Positions 21,862-36,274 of a DNA stretch of 64,000 nt are shown in pieces. Made by a program: the position numbers and the translations under genes. Within the stretch, counting starts at the first letter, position 1; the number at the start of each line of letters is the position of its first letter. The stretch covers positions 8,865-72,864 of the forward strand of contig CAVXNM010000031.1 in the NCBI GenBank assembly GCA_963763115.1, read 5' to 3'. The notes under the pieces are model-generated. The model was not told the origin of the DNA. It was given only the letters and a program-made list of their open reading frames with translations, and ran no database searches. Source of the stretch: an uncultured Gammaproteobacteria bacterium. Its GTDB lineage: Bacteria; Pseudomonadota; Gammaproteobacteria; UBA9214.

Positions 21862-22323
21862 ATGGATACGACCGATCGGAAAATTCTGCAACTTCTGCAA
21901 ACGGATGCCAGCCAGACAGTCAAACAGATTGCCGCGCTGTTACCCCTGTCGGTGACGCCTTGCTGGAAGCGCATCCAGAAGCTGGAAGCGGAGGGCTTCA
22001 TCCGTGCCCGGGTCGCGCTGCTGGATCCCGTGAAAGTCAACGCCAACGTCACGGTATTCGTAGCGATCAAGACCGATCAGCACAGCCGGGAATGGATAGA
22101 ACGCTTTGACAAGGTGGTCAACGACCTTCCGGAGGTGATGGAGGCCTACCGCATGAGCGGTGAAGTCGATTATCTGCTGCGCGTCGCCATCGACAGCATC
22201 GCGGCCTATGACCGGTTTTACAAAACGCTGATTGATCGCATCGAACTCTCCAACGTCAACTCCAGCTTCGCCATGGAACAGATGAAGTACACCACCGCCC
22301 TGCCCATCAACCTGGATGTCTAG
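21862..22323 (+). CDS. Lrp/AsnC family regulator (DecR/YbaO-like)
   Basis: MDTTDRKILQLLQTDA, SVTPCWKRIQKLE, YRMSGEVDYLLRV, SSFAMEQMKYTTALP. Confidence 0.95.
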   Translation: MDTTDRKILQLLQTDASQTVKQIAALLPLSVTPCWKRIQKLEAEGFIRARVALLDPVKVNANVTVFVAIKTDQHSREWIERFDKVVNDLPEVMEAYRMSGEVDYLLRVAIDSIAAYDRFYKTLIDRIELSNVNSSFAMEQMKYTTALPINLDV

Positions 22324-22509
22324 CCCCCTGCATACAACGGGAAAATACCCGGCGTGTCGGTGCCACCCATTACTTGACTAATTTACTCAGGCTTACTATA
22401 CAAAGAAGGTACCAGGGAATGTCGTAAGCGGCGTGTCCACATCCCGCGGGCGAGAGGCCCATGTCGCCTACCGGATACTCTGGCTATTCAACGAAGGAGT
22501 TAAACGACC

Positions 22510-22839
22510 ATGGACAACCGCAAACACCTGTCTGACGATTCGCCCGATTTTGACAGTGAGGGCTTTCTCAAAAACCCGCGGGAGTGGACGGAACGGCTGG
22601 CGGCCGAGATTGCCCAGCACGATGGCCTGACGGAACTCACTCAAACCCACTGGGGGGTGATTCATTCGCTGCGGCGACACTACGATAAATTCGGCGCGGC
22701 CCCACCCTCGTTCCAGCATGTATGCCACGTGAATCACCTGGGCCGGCACGGCGTGGAACATCTGTTCCACAGCCAGCGCGAAGCCTGGCGGATCGCCGGT
22801 CTGCCTGATCCCGGCGAGGAAGCCAGGGCCTACATGTAG
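22510..22839 (+). CDS. TusE/DsrC-like protein lacking the C-terminal cysteines (RspA-type)
   Basis: DSEGFLKNPREWTERLAAEIA, LTQTHWGVI, AWRIAGLPDP; ends EEARAYM instead of a C-terminal Cys. Confidence 0.85.
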   Translation: MDNRKHLSDDSPDFDSEGFLKNPREWTERLAAEIAQHDGLTELTQTHWGVIHSLRRHYDKFGAAPPSFQHVCHVNHLGRHGVEHLFHSQREAWRIAGLPDPGEEARAYM

Positions 22840-22872
22840 GAATACATTATCGGATCTGCCCGGGAGGTTTTC

Positions 22873-23388
22873 ATGATGAAACGACGCCTTTATTTTCTGT
22901 TACCCGACACCGAGCACGCCAGGGCGGTGGTAAGCGAACTCGAGGCGCGCGGCATCGAACCCAAGTTTATGCATACCATTGCGGGACGCGGTGGTGGTGA
23001 CGTGAACGACCTGCCCGTTGCCTCCCGGATGCTGCGCAATGATCTGGGAGCGCGGATCGAGCATTATCTCTGGGGTGGAAATCTGGTCCTGTTCTTCCTG
23101 GCGCTAATCGCACTGGTGATGCTTGCAGTGTCGTCTGTGCCGTGGTGGTGGCTGCTGCTGCCGGCCGGGATCATGCTGGTATCTTTTCTTACGGGGCTGG
23201 AATTCGTCATGCACACCCCCAATGTTCATCTGACCGAATTCCAGAGTGCGATGCAGCACCGGGAGATACTTCTGATGATCGATGTCCACGCCGGTCAGGT
23301 GGCCGAAGTGGAAGAGACAGTGCACCGGCGCCATCCGGAAGCGATTGCAGGCGGTGTGGGCTGGAGCGTTGACGCCTTGCAGGTCTGA
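22873..23388 (+). CDS. Conserved membrane protein (DUF1269-like)
   Basis: RRLYFLLPD N-terminus, central hydrophobic hairpin, ILLMIDV, HPEA. Confidence 0.7.
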   Translation: MMKRRLYFLLPDTEHARAVVSELEARGIEPKFMHTIAGRGGGDVNDLPVASRMLRNDLGARIEHYLWGGNLVLFFLALIALVMLAVSSVPWWWLLLPAGIMLVSFLTGLEFVMHTPNVHLTEFQSAMQHREILLMIDVHAGQVAEVEETVHRRHPEAIAGGVGWSVDALQV

Positions 23389-23513
23389 TCAACGGCGTCA
23401 CGAATACTGGCCATCGATTTCCCTTTCAACCCGATACACACGACCTGATCGTCCGTGATGCACGGAACACGCGTCCGGCGACCTAAACATCCCACAAAGA
23501 TAAGGAGACGTTC

Positions 23514-23831
23514 ATGAATATATCTGCACATGCACACGAGACACCGGTAAAGGGCTTTGAAAACCTCAACTGGGTCACTTCGGACACCCTGCCCCGCGAC
23601 CGGGAGCAAAGTCATCGGCTGCATGAGCCGGATCACCTCATCAATACCATCGATCCGATTACCAGCCGGGACATAGACACCGTGGAAGGCCATCCCTCCA
23701 TCGTCGATGGCAACCTGACCATCTATTTCGAATCCGAAAAAACACGTCAGGTCTACCGGGAGACGCCCATCGACCACCCCTATGCACACCTGCCAGACAA
23801 TTTCCCGAAAGAAGTCGACCGGGGTGGCTGA
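23514..23831 (+). CDS. Hypothetical protein with Cys-less YHS-like segment
   Basis: TAAGGAG RBS; IDPITSRDI...HPSIVDGNLTIYFESEKTRQVY; His/Asp-rich. Confidence 0.65.
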   Translation: MNISAHAHETPVKGFENLNWVTSDTLPRDREQSHRLHEPDHLINTIDPITSRDIDTVEGHPSIVDGNLTIYFESEKTRQVYRETPIDHPYAHLPDNFPKEVDRGG

Positions 23832-24336
23832 CACGGGAGCAGAAATGGTCTGATCGATGCGTCCTGCGACGCCAGACCCCGGTCGGGCGCGTGGAGGATG
23901 CATTGTTTTAATGCAGGCGAGTTATCGGGCGCTGCGAACTGTTAATTGTCGTCCGTCCACCGATAAACCGACTTTAGCGTGCGTAGGCGGCTGAATTCAT
24001 ATCCCTGCTCGACTGTGACGTCTCGCAACCAGACCCGCATGCCTATCGGTAGATGGCGGTCGATACCGCACGAGGCAAAGAACCGACATCAGTGCCTCAA
24101 TTTTGACGGCCCGTTCTCTTTCGATGACGGAACGGCAATACCGCTGACATTATCCTGAGCAAGACTCTTAAAATCAGTCATTTAAGAAACCACCTTACGA
24201 CCCGGTATCTGCGAGATCACTCACTTAGATCGACCTTCCACACCATCAGGGCGAAAAAGCATTGTGGGACAGCAGTGATTTGATAGAATTCGGCCCGCCG
24301 ATTATCGTACGCATGCCGAGACGGCAGGATGGCGGA

Positions 24337-24540
24337 ATGAAAGATCGAAGAAAGACGTCTGACCGACGCAGTTTTAATGCAAAACAGGAGCAGGCTTACC
24401 CCAATAATCGGCGAAGATTCCCGGACCGGCGATTGAATAACATCTCGGCAGAATGGGTTCCACTGAATGATGTTCACACTCATCCGGCAACCGGAACCCT
24501 GTTAGCGGGATTACTGGGACGAATATTGAAAAAAAACTGA
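24337..24540 (+). CDS. Small Arg-rich protein with repeated (D/N)RR motifs
   Basis: MKDRRKTSDRR...NNRRRFPDRRLNNISAEW. Confidence 0.55.
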   Translation: MKDRRKTSDRRSFNAKQEQAYPNNRRRFPDRRLNNISAEWVPLNDVHTHPATGTLLAGLLGRILKKN

Positions 24541-24764
24541 TGCATGCGCAGGCAACCGTCGGGAGGGCATGCAGTAACACGACATCGGGGCTCCACGACC
24601 GCCCGGGGGTCAACGACGCAGTGGCGGATGACAACAACCACAGGGAATCGATCGATGCCAAGAGGAATGACGCAGGAAGCACGCCATTTAACCGATTCCG
24701 GTCTGGAGGCTTTCCGGATCGTCGATACGGACACCCTTCAACGAGTCAGAAAGGACATTGATAT

Positions 24765-25763
24765 ATGTTGAACTGGCTGAACCGGAAGAAGTCATCCACT
24801 GCGGCGTCTGCTGCCGCGCATCCCCAGCCACCTCTTGCGAACTGGCGCAACCGGGAAAATGTCGGCCTCAGCCGAAAAACACCCCCGGGACCGGACCGGC
24901 TGCCCCATCGCAGACGTAAACTGAAGGCGCTGGAAGTATTTTCCCTCGCTGTCGTTATCTCCCTGATTATCGGCGTGGATCTCTATATTTTCGGAATCAA
25001 CAAACGCCTTAGTGTGCTGGAAAACGAGTTTGTCGAGGTCAAGACCTGGGCCTTTCCCGCCAGTCTCCTCGAAGGTAAATATGCCTCCCTGAATGCACGT
25101 GTGCGCGCATTGACCGAGGCATATTCCGGTCTGGACGCCAAACTCACCTCATTCACCACGCAGCAGCAGCCGGTTACCGTCGAGACCAGGGCTGCAGGCC
25201 ATGCGGCGATGGCGTTCACGGAAGCGAACATCCCCTCCGAGGCGCCCGCGGCAGGCAATGCGCGCCCGCCTGCCGGGACCGCGCCCGAATCTGCGGAAAC
25301 TGCCGGGCTGGTGATGAGAGAGGATGAGGAAACACCCGCCACGGGGTTCGCTCCGGTCGAGTCACCGCCAGTGGTCGCGCACGGCAAACCAGCGAGTGAC
25401 GCCAGGCTGGCGCTGCATACCGTGGAAGAAATACCGATTGTGGCATCCAGGGCGGAGCCTGCCATCCCGGTCGCCACCGCCACTGCCGCCGATTCTCATC
25501 CGCCACAGGGGAGCCTCAACGAGGGTCGCTGGGTGATCAACCTGCTGTCCGATCCGAACAAGACGCTGGCGGAACGATTCGCGGCCAGGGCACGCGACCG
25601 TGGCGTCCCCGTGGAACAGAACCGGAGCGAGGTGAAAGGTCGGGTGTTCTGGCGGGTGCAGATCACCGGTTTCGAGACGATGGGTGAAGCCCGGGCCCAT
25701 GCCGAAGAGGTCAAGACAAAACTCCGCCTGAAAGACGTCTGGATTTTCAAACAACCGGGATAA
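24765..25763 (+). CDS. Single-pass membrane protein with coiled coil, Ala/Pro linker and C-terminal SPOR domain
   Basis: TM FSLAVVISLIIGVDLYIF; C-terminal WVINLLS...FWRVQITGF..MGEARAHA...DVWI. Confidence 0.8.
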   Translation: MLNWLNRKKSSTAASAAAHPQPPLANWRNRENVGLSRKTPPGPDRLPHRRRKLKALEVFSLAVVISLIIGVDLYIFGINKRLSVLENEFVEVKTWAFPASLLEGKYASLNARVRALTEAYSGLDAKLTSFTTQQQPVTVETRAAGHAAMAFTEANIPSEAPAAGNARPPAGTAPESAETAGLVMREDEETPATGFAPVESPPVVAHGKPASDARLALHTVEEIPIVASRAEPAIPVATATAADSHPPQGSLNEGRWVINLLSDPNKTLAERFAARARDRGVPVEQNRSEVKGRVFWRVQITGFETMGEARAHAEEVKTKLRLKDVWIFKQPG

Positions 25764-25782
25764 TCGTGCCCGGCAACACTAG

Positions 25783-26044
25783 GGCCTGTCAACACGTGTA
25801 TGATCGCCGCGTTGCTGTCTGAAATCAGGCCAGGCAAGGCGCGAGGAGCGAAGTGTAGTGGTGCCAAATGGACAACGAGGAACGCCGCATGGCCTGATTT
25901 CAGGCGCAACCCGCAGGGACGGGGCCATTTTCCCGCAATCCTGCGTTAGCGCTCATGTGTGTAGCCTAACTACACGGCACTCGCGCTGCCTTGTCTTGCG
26001 AAAATATGGCCGCCGTCGCGACGACCATAACGTGTTAACAGGCC
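25783..26044. mobile_element. MITE (about 262 bp, non-autonomous; IS5-like CTAG target)
   Basis: TIRs GGCCTGTCAACACGT / ACGTGTTAACAGGCC (1 mismatch), flanked by direct CTAG (25779-82, 26045-48); no transposase. Confidence 0.85.
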
Positions 26045-26206
26045 CTAGTATGACGCCTCGAAAATAATAACCGGCTCCGGGAGCACCGACAGCGGCCGGA
26101 TGAATTGCGGTGCACTGAATAGCACCAGCCCCATGGGCAGTACCAGGCCGCTTGCGATAAGACAGAGTATGAACGTCACAGTTTGTACCAGCTCTTCGAG
26201 TTTCAT
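26045..26206 (-). CDS. Small membrane protein (53 aa), not in ORF track
   Basis: GGAG RBS, MKLEELVQTVTFILCLIASGLVLPMGLVLFSAPQFIRPLSVLPEPVIIFEASY*; one TM; stop TAG lies in the MITE target duplication. Confidence 0.6.
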   Translation of the reverse strand: MKLEELVQTVTFILCLIASGLVLPMGLVLFSAPQFIRPLSVLPEPVIIFEASY

Positions 26207-26302
26207 CACCGTATCTCCATGCCGCTCCCGTGTCGGGAGGTTTTCGGGAATACAGTGTGCGGGAGTCAGTGGCTCACTGGATGAGCCCGTAGTCGCAACG
26301 AC

Positions 26303-27277
26303 TCAATCCGCATAGCGCAAAGCCGCGGCTGTGAGCTGTTCACGCACGTGCGTGCGCAGTCGCGCCGGGGACAGAACCTCGACCTCCGGTCCGTGCCTGA
26401 GGATATCCATGAGCAGTTCATGCTCTGCGCTGTAGGGCAGTTCCAGCAGCCAGGAGCCGTCGGCTTCAAATCGCCCGCGCTGTTCCGGGTGCCACTGCTC
26501 GACAGAAACCCAGCGCGCGCGCGCCGGCGTGAAACGCAGCCGGGCCCAGCTCAGTTGCTTGCCGGCAAAGATGCCGTAGCCGCCGGCGAGTTCCGCGTCG
26601 AGACGTCGCTCGGAAACCGCTTTCGCCGTGTTCTCCAGCATCTCTGCCGTGCCGATGGCATCCACCGCGAACACACGCAAGGCATTGCGCAAATGGCACC
26701 AGGCATCGAGATACCAGTTGTCCCGATAGTGCACCAGGCGCTGCGGGGAGATCTCGCGCCGGCTCTCCGCGTCACTCGAGCGGGCGCGGTAGCGGATCCG
26801 CAAGCGCCTGCGCTTGAGGGTCGCGCTGGCCACGGTTTCGAAATGCGCCAGCTTCGTCGAGCGTGCGGCCATGTACAGGATGCGGATACGCTTGCGCACC
26901 TCATCGCCGGTGGCATTACGGCTCTCCAGCAGCGCCTCGAGACGCGCGAGCAGCGGCTGGATATGGGGCTTGAGCAGTCCGGCCCCGAGATTTGCCAGCA
27001 ACTGTTGCAGCGTTAGCAGGGCATGGATTTCCGCCGCACTGAACCAGAGCCCAGGCAGCTTGTAGCCCGACGCGCGGGGATCGGATGCATCGTAACGGTA
27101 ACCCCGCCGCACCCGGTCCCAGACGATCGGCGCATGGAGACGGTCCCTCAGGTACTCGAGATCGCGCTTGACCGTGGCCTTGGAGGTCCCCAGCGCCTCG
27201 ATCAGCGCGTCCATCGGCACGCAACGCCGTTCGCTCAGCAGCTGGTCGATTTTGTAAAAGCGTTCGGTGCGGTCCAT
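26303..27277 (-). CDS. HTH-WYL-WCX transcription regulator (PafB/DriD/YafY-like)
   Basis: MDRTERFYKIDQLL, SKATVKRDLEYLRDRL, ISPQRLVHYRDNWYLDAWCHLR, FAVDAI, EVLSPARLR. Confidence 0.95.
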   Translation of the reverse strand: MDRTERFYKIDQLLSERRCVPMDALIEALGTSKATVKRDLEYLRDRLHAPIVWDRVRRGYRYDASDPRASGYKLPGLWFSAAEIHALLTLQQLLANLGAGLLKPHIQPLLARLEALLESRNATGDEVRKRIRILYMAARSTKLAHFETVASATLKRRRLRIRYRARSSDAESRREISPQRLVHYRDNWYLDAWCHLRNALRVFAVDAIGTAEMLENTAKAVSERRLDAELAGGYGIFAGKQLSWARLRFTPARARWVSVEQWHPEQRGRFEADGSWLLELPYSAEHELLMDILRHGPEVEVLSPARLRTHVREQLTAAALRYAD

Positions 27278-27407
27278 TCAACCCCCGGCAGTTAACTTAT
27301 GGCTGCGTAGAAAAACTGGATCCCTGCATCCACGGGGATGACGTGTTCAGGGATATGTTTAATGTAAGTCTTCCTCCATAAACACCGTTTTGATGGACAG
27401 ACACTAA

Positions 27408-29251
27408 TCATGATATTCCCTCTTCACCAACCCATCCGAGTTTTTCCGAAAGCGCGGAGACCCGCTGCACGCGGCGCTGGCAGCCCTGTATAAAGGTCTG
27501 CCGTTCACCCTGGATGGTGACCCGGTTTCTGGCCCGCGTTATGCCGGTGTAAACCAGCTCGCGCGTCAGCACGGGACTCTCCGAGGATGGCAGCACCAGC
27601 AGTACTTCGTCGAACTCGGAGCCCTGACTCTTGTGCACCGTCAGGGCGTAGGCGCAGCTGTGTTCGGGCAGCTGACGAATGGAGACGCTGCGCAGCTCGT
27701 TTCCCGTGAAAGCGAACCATGCGCGCAGGCTATCGTCGGCGGCACGCCACAACAGGCCGATGTCGCCGTTGAACAGGCCCACCTCGTAATCGTTGGTCAT
27801 CACCATCACGGGTTTGCCGTGATATTCCTCACCGCCGCGTATCAGCCCGAGCGTCTGCAGCCGCTCGGCGATGCGCCGGTTGATGTCCCCCACCCCGAAG
27901 GGTCCGCCCTGTAGCGCGGCCAGCACCCGCGTCTGCTCGAAGGCCCGGAGCGCAGCGAGCACGTCGTCCGCCTGCAGGTAGCGTGCATAGCGCTCCACCG
28001 CCCAGTCAAGACAGGTGGAATTGAGGCTGCTCTCCCCCGCATCGAGCCAGGCGATATCGCAGTAGCGACCCTCCTCGAACAACCGGAACGCCGCCTCCCC
28101 TTCCCCGGCATTGATCCGGCGCGCCAGTTCGCCGATGCCGCTGTCCCCGGCAAACCGATAGCTGACCCGCAGCAGTCCCACCGCACCGGCGATGCGCAGG
28201 GACGGCGCCGCACCCGGCAGTTCCCCGCCTTCGGTTACCATGCCGAGACCTGCCAGGAAACCGAATTGCGAGTGGCTGTAGCGGATCTCCTGGCCATGAC
28301 CGGTGATATCACCGAGCACGTTGCCCGCCTCGACCGATGCCAGCTGATCGCGGTCGCCGAGCAGGATGAGACGACTTCGGGAAGGCAGCGCCTCGAACAG
28401 GTGGGCCATCAGCGGCAGGTCGATCATCGATGCCTCGTCCACCACCAGACAGTCAAGCACCAGTGGGTTATCCCGGTTGTAGCGGAATCCACTGCCGAAT
28501 TCGGCGCCCAGCAGCCGGTGCAGCGTGCTCGCCTCCTCCGGTATGCGCGCCAGTACACCGGGCGAGGTGTCGACGCGGCCCTTGCCGCCGCGAATGGCCT
28601 CCGTGAGTCGCGCCGCCGCCTTGCCGGTGGGCGCCGCCAGCTCGATATGCAGCCCCGGGTCCTGTTCCAGCAGCAGCGCCAGCACCTTCACCACGGTGGT
28701 GGTCTTGCCGGTGCCCGGCCCGCCCGAGATCACGGCAAAACGGCGGCTGACCGCGATCGCCGCCGCGATCTTCTGCCAGTCGATCGCACCGTCCTGCATT
28801 TCCCTGAACAGGCGCCGCAGGCCATCGATCAGCCGCGCTGCATCCAGCGCCGCCACGGATTCCAGACGCGCCCGCAGGGCCTCGGCCACCGTCTGTTCAT
28901 ATTGCCAGTACTTGCCGAGGTAGAGGCGCTGCCGGTCGAGGATGAGCGGTGCGTTCATGCCCGGTTTCCCCACCCAGTGCGCGCCGGCCAGCGCCTCCAG
29001 CCACTCGCCGAGGGGCGGCGCCCGGGGAAGCTCCCGCGATGCCTCGCTATCATTCCCGAACAGGGGCTGGTCTGCATACTCCGCGAGGTCCACGCAGACA
29101 TCTCCCTGCAGGTTTCGCAGGCTGACCAGCGCAGCGCTCCGGGCCAGCAGGCCATCCTCATCCACCCCACAGCCGCGCGCCACGAAGCGGGCGAAGTAAT
29201 ACGCCAGCGGGGGGAGACCGCCAGTGTCCATCAGGCGTCGCAGCAGGTCGC

Positions 29252-29255
<4 letters not shown>
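27408..29255 (-). CDS. recD: Exodeoxyribonuclease V alpha subunit
   Basis: ISGGPGTGKTT, APTGKAAARL, VVDEASMID, GDRDQLASV, NGDIG, ALTVHKSQGSEF, YTGITRAR. Confidence 0.97.
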
Positions 29256-32822
<3,567 letters not shown>

Positions 32823-32826
<4 letters not shown>

Positions 32827-35800
32827 GTCAGCGCTCCCGCGGCCAGCGCGTCGGCGTAGAACGCCTCCGCCAGCTCTGTGAATTCCGGCTGATCGATCGG
32901 CTTTCCCGCGATGCCGCGCATCACCAGCTGGACATACGCATCGTCCTTATCGCCGGGGATACCGGCGAAGTCGTTGCCGTTCCAGGCGTTGAATGCAACG
33001 CTGGACGGGTCGGCCCGGCTGCCCTGACTCACGGCGTGCATCCAGGCATAGCTCGCGCCGGGCAGCAACGGCAGCGGCCGCTGCAGTCCCTCCCGGTACC
33101 ACCGCAGGTAGCGGGCGAGGTGTACCTGCGCCTCGGCCGGGTCAAGGGTCTTCGTGAGGGTGAACTGCCCGGTCGTCCCGTGCAGGGTGCTGCATTTGTC
33201 GCCGCGAGCATCGCCGGCGCACCAGGCCAGGTGTTCCAGCCACAGCGCCAGAATATCCGGCCCCTTGAGAGCGCCCGGCCGGTAGCGCAGCAGTCCCGAC
33301 CCCCGGTAAATGTCCTTGATCTGCCCCGCGAGCCGGAACGATCCTGCCGTCTCGTCCTCGAAGAGCAGGTCGACCAGCCGCTGCTCCGGCGGATGCCCCT
33401 GGAAGGCCTCGAGCCGCCGCATCAGCGGCTGCACGTTCTGCGACTCCTGCTGCCAGGCGAGCGCGGCGAACGCCCCGTGCGGCAGGATGCCCTCGGCGCT
33501 CAACTGGCGTGCGGGAGTCGGCCGTCCCTTGAGGTAATCATCCAGCAGGCGCTGCTTCAGGGTGAAACTCCGCAGCGCATCCAGCCGAAACACCTCGTCG
33601 TCTTCGCCCGGCGCCTCCTCCCGCAGGTAGACCTGCAGGCGGGTATTGACGAAAAACCGCACCGGATGGCGTACGAAGCGCAACAGCTGCATGAGGCTGA
33701 CGGTGCGCAGGGGATCCGGCATGTCGGACAGGCGGGTGCGGTTCCAGTCCACGTCCGCCGGTTCAGGCTGCACCGGCTGCTGTAACGCCTGCGCCACGGC
33801 ACACCAGTCGCCATCGTAACTGTGCGACTCGCCGCGGTAATTGCGCGGACTGAAGGGCTGTAGCGGATGCACATGCGTCAGCCGTGCACTGAGCCTGTCC
33901 CCGGCATCGTCACCGGCAATCACGTACTGCTGGTCGATGTAATCCAGCAGTTCTCGCAGCAGCACCGAGGGCTGGCGCTCGCTGTTGTTGCGGATGTCGC
34001 GTCCGACGTAGCTGAGATAGAGGACCTGTCGTGCGCACAGCAGCGTCTCCAGAAACAGATAGCGGTCCTCGGTCCCCTTGCGCGGGTCGCCGGGACGCCA
34101 CTGCTCGCGCATCTGATCAAACTCGGCCGGCTGCTCGCGGCGCGGAAAGGCCCGGTCGTGCAGTCCCAGCACGCAGATCACCCTGAAGGGCAGACTGCGC
34201 ATGGGGCGCATGCCGCAGAAGGTCACCCCGCCGCTGAAATAGCGGCCGTGACGGGTGTGCGTGCCCAGCTGCTGCTCCAGCCAGTGACGCACCAGGGCGA
34301 TGGGCAGGGCCTCGTCCAGGCTGCCGGCCTGTCCGGCCAGATCCGCCAGGGCATCGCGGATTTTCTGTATCCGGCCCTCTTCGTCCTCGTGTTGACCGAA
34401 GAAATCATCGAGCAGGCGGCCCAGGCATTCCTGCCACTCGCCGGCGCGGCGCGGGCTGCGCAACCGCTCGGCGTAGTCAGTAAGACAGGACAACAGCCGC
34501 CAGAACCGGCCAAGTATTTCACCCCGGGCCCCATCCACGCCGGCAATCGGGGCGATGTCCTCGAACAGTTCGCCCTCGCCCAGGGCGTAGCCGCCGAACA
34601 GGCGTCGCTCGACCTGCGCCCAGGTGTTCTCCCCGGTGCCGGGCAGGCCGAACTGCCGCTTGTGCCCGCTGTTCAATCCCCAGCGCAGCCTGGCCTCGCT
34701 CAACCACTCCCGGATTTGCGCCACCGCCTCGCCGTCCAGCGCGAAGCGACCGGCCAGTTCGGGCACGTCGAGGCAGGACAGGATTTCCGTGTGACTGAAA
34801 CGGCTATGCGGCAAGTCCAGTAACTGCAGGAACACCCGCACCAGCGGATGCTCATCGCGCAGCGAAATATCCGACAGGTTCCAGGGGATGAACGGCCGCT
34901 CGGATTCCGTATCCTGTTCGAACACGGCCTCGATGTAGGGGGCATAGAGGCTGATCTCCGGCACCATGACCAGCATATCCTCGGGACGCAGCGCGGGGTC
35001 GCTGTCCAGCATCGCCAGCAGGCGGTCATGCAGCACCTGGCACTCCCGCTGTGGACTGTGACAGACGTGCACCTGCAGCGAAGCATCGCCCTCGACGGGA
35101 GTCCGCTCGCCGGGGCCCGCCATGGGGCGCAGGGTGAAAATGTCCTGCTGGAGATGCCGCAGCAGTGAATCCGTTCCGGGCGGCATGAAGACCTCTTCCT
35201 CGGTGGCCGGGGTTTCCTGCATCAGCAGCAGGTCCTGCAGGGCCTGTCCCTGTCGGCCCCAGGAGGCTAGCAGACTGTTACCCGTTTCCCACAACTCGGC
35301 GGCTTCCGGTTGCGCCAGGCGCTTGCGCGCCAGCGTCTTCTGGGACACCAGGTCCGCCCAGAACTGATCGGTTGGACTGTGCAGGTAGAGTTCGATGCGG
35401 GTATGCGCGGCAAGCGCGTGGAGCACCTCGACGAACAGCGGCGGCAGACTCGAGACGGCAAACAGGCTGACCCGCTCCGGCACGCCTGCGGGCAGACCCC
35501 TTTTCCGGAGGCGGAAGAGCAGGCACTCGGTGACGGCGAGTCGGTGACGGGTAATCCCGCGGGTCAGGCGGCGCCACAACAGCGCCTGCCACTGGCTGTC
35601 CTTCCCCGTGCCCCAGTCACGCAACTGCTCCGGCCGGTAGAACTGGTAACGATCGAAAACGTCCGCGATTCGGGCGGCAAGCTGAAACCGCTTCAGACCA
35701 CCGGCATCCTGCTGCAGGTAGTGAGCAATGGAGGCAAACGCCGGCTCTCGGATCAGCTCAGGCAGCAGTGCGTAGACCTTCCAGGTCATAACATCGGGTG

Positions 35801-36059
35801 CCAGCGGGTCGGTCCCGGGTAGATCACCGAGCAGCTCGCAGGCGAGTTGCCAGATGAACGACGCCGGCAGCGGATAGCGGTAATTGGCCGCCACCCCGTG
35901 CCGGGCGGCGAGCTGCAGGTTGACCCAGCGCGCCATGGCGGGACTCGGCGTCACCACCACCTCGGGAAGCAAGGGCGATGAAAGCGGCTGCTCTCCGAGC
36001 CGCTCGGCCAGGCGCTGCAGCAGCAACTCAACGCGATTGGATCGGCAGATATGCAGCAT
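32823..36059 (-). CDS. recC: Exodeoxyribonuclease V gamma subunit
   Basis: SNRVELL, DVFDRYQFYRP, LLASWGRQG, CHSPQRECQVLHD, PMRSLPFRVICVLGL, EDRYLFLETLL, HPLQPF. Confidence 0.97.
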
Positions 36060-36274
36060 GGGCTCGGATTCTATCCTGCGCGGCGATGCCTGTGGAGGAA
36101 AGGAGTGAAAACCCTCTTCTTGGAATCAGCAACCAGAAGAGGCAAGAAAGGGGCTTTGACTACATTTCACCCAACGTTGAATTGAAAAGTGGAATGATGT
36201 AAGCGGTGTTGTCGCTAACATTATTTCACTTGATTTTCTCAGAATCATCCGCGCTGAACGACCGGGAGCTGTGA

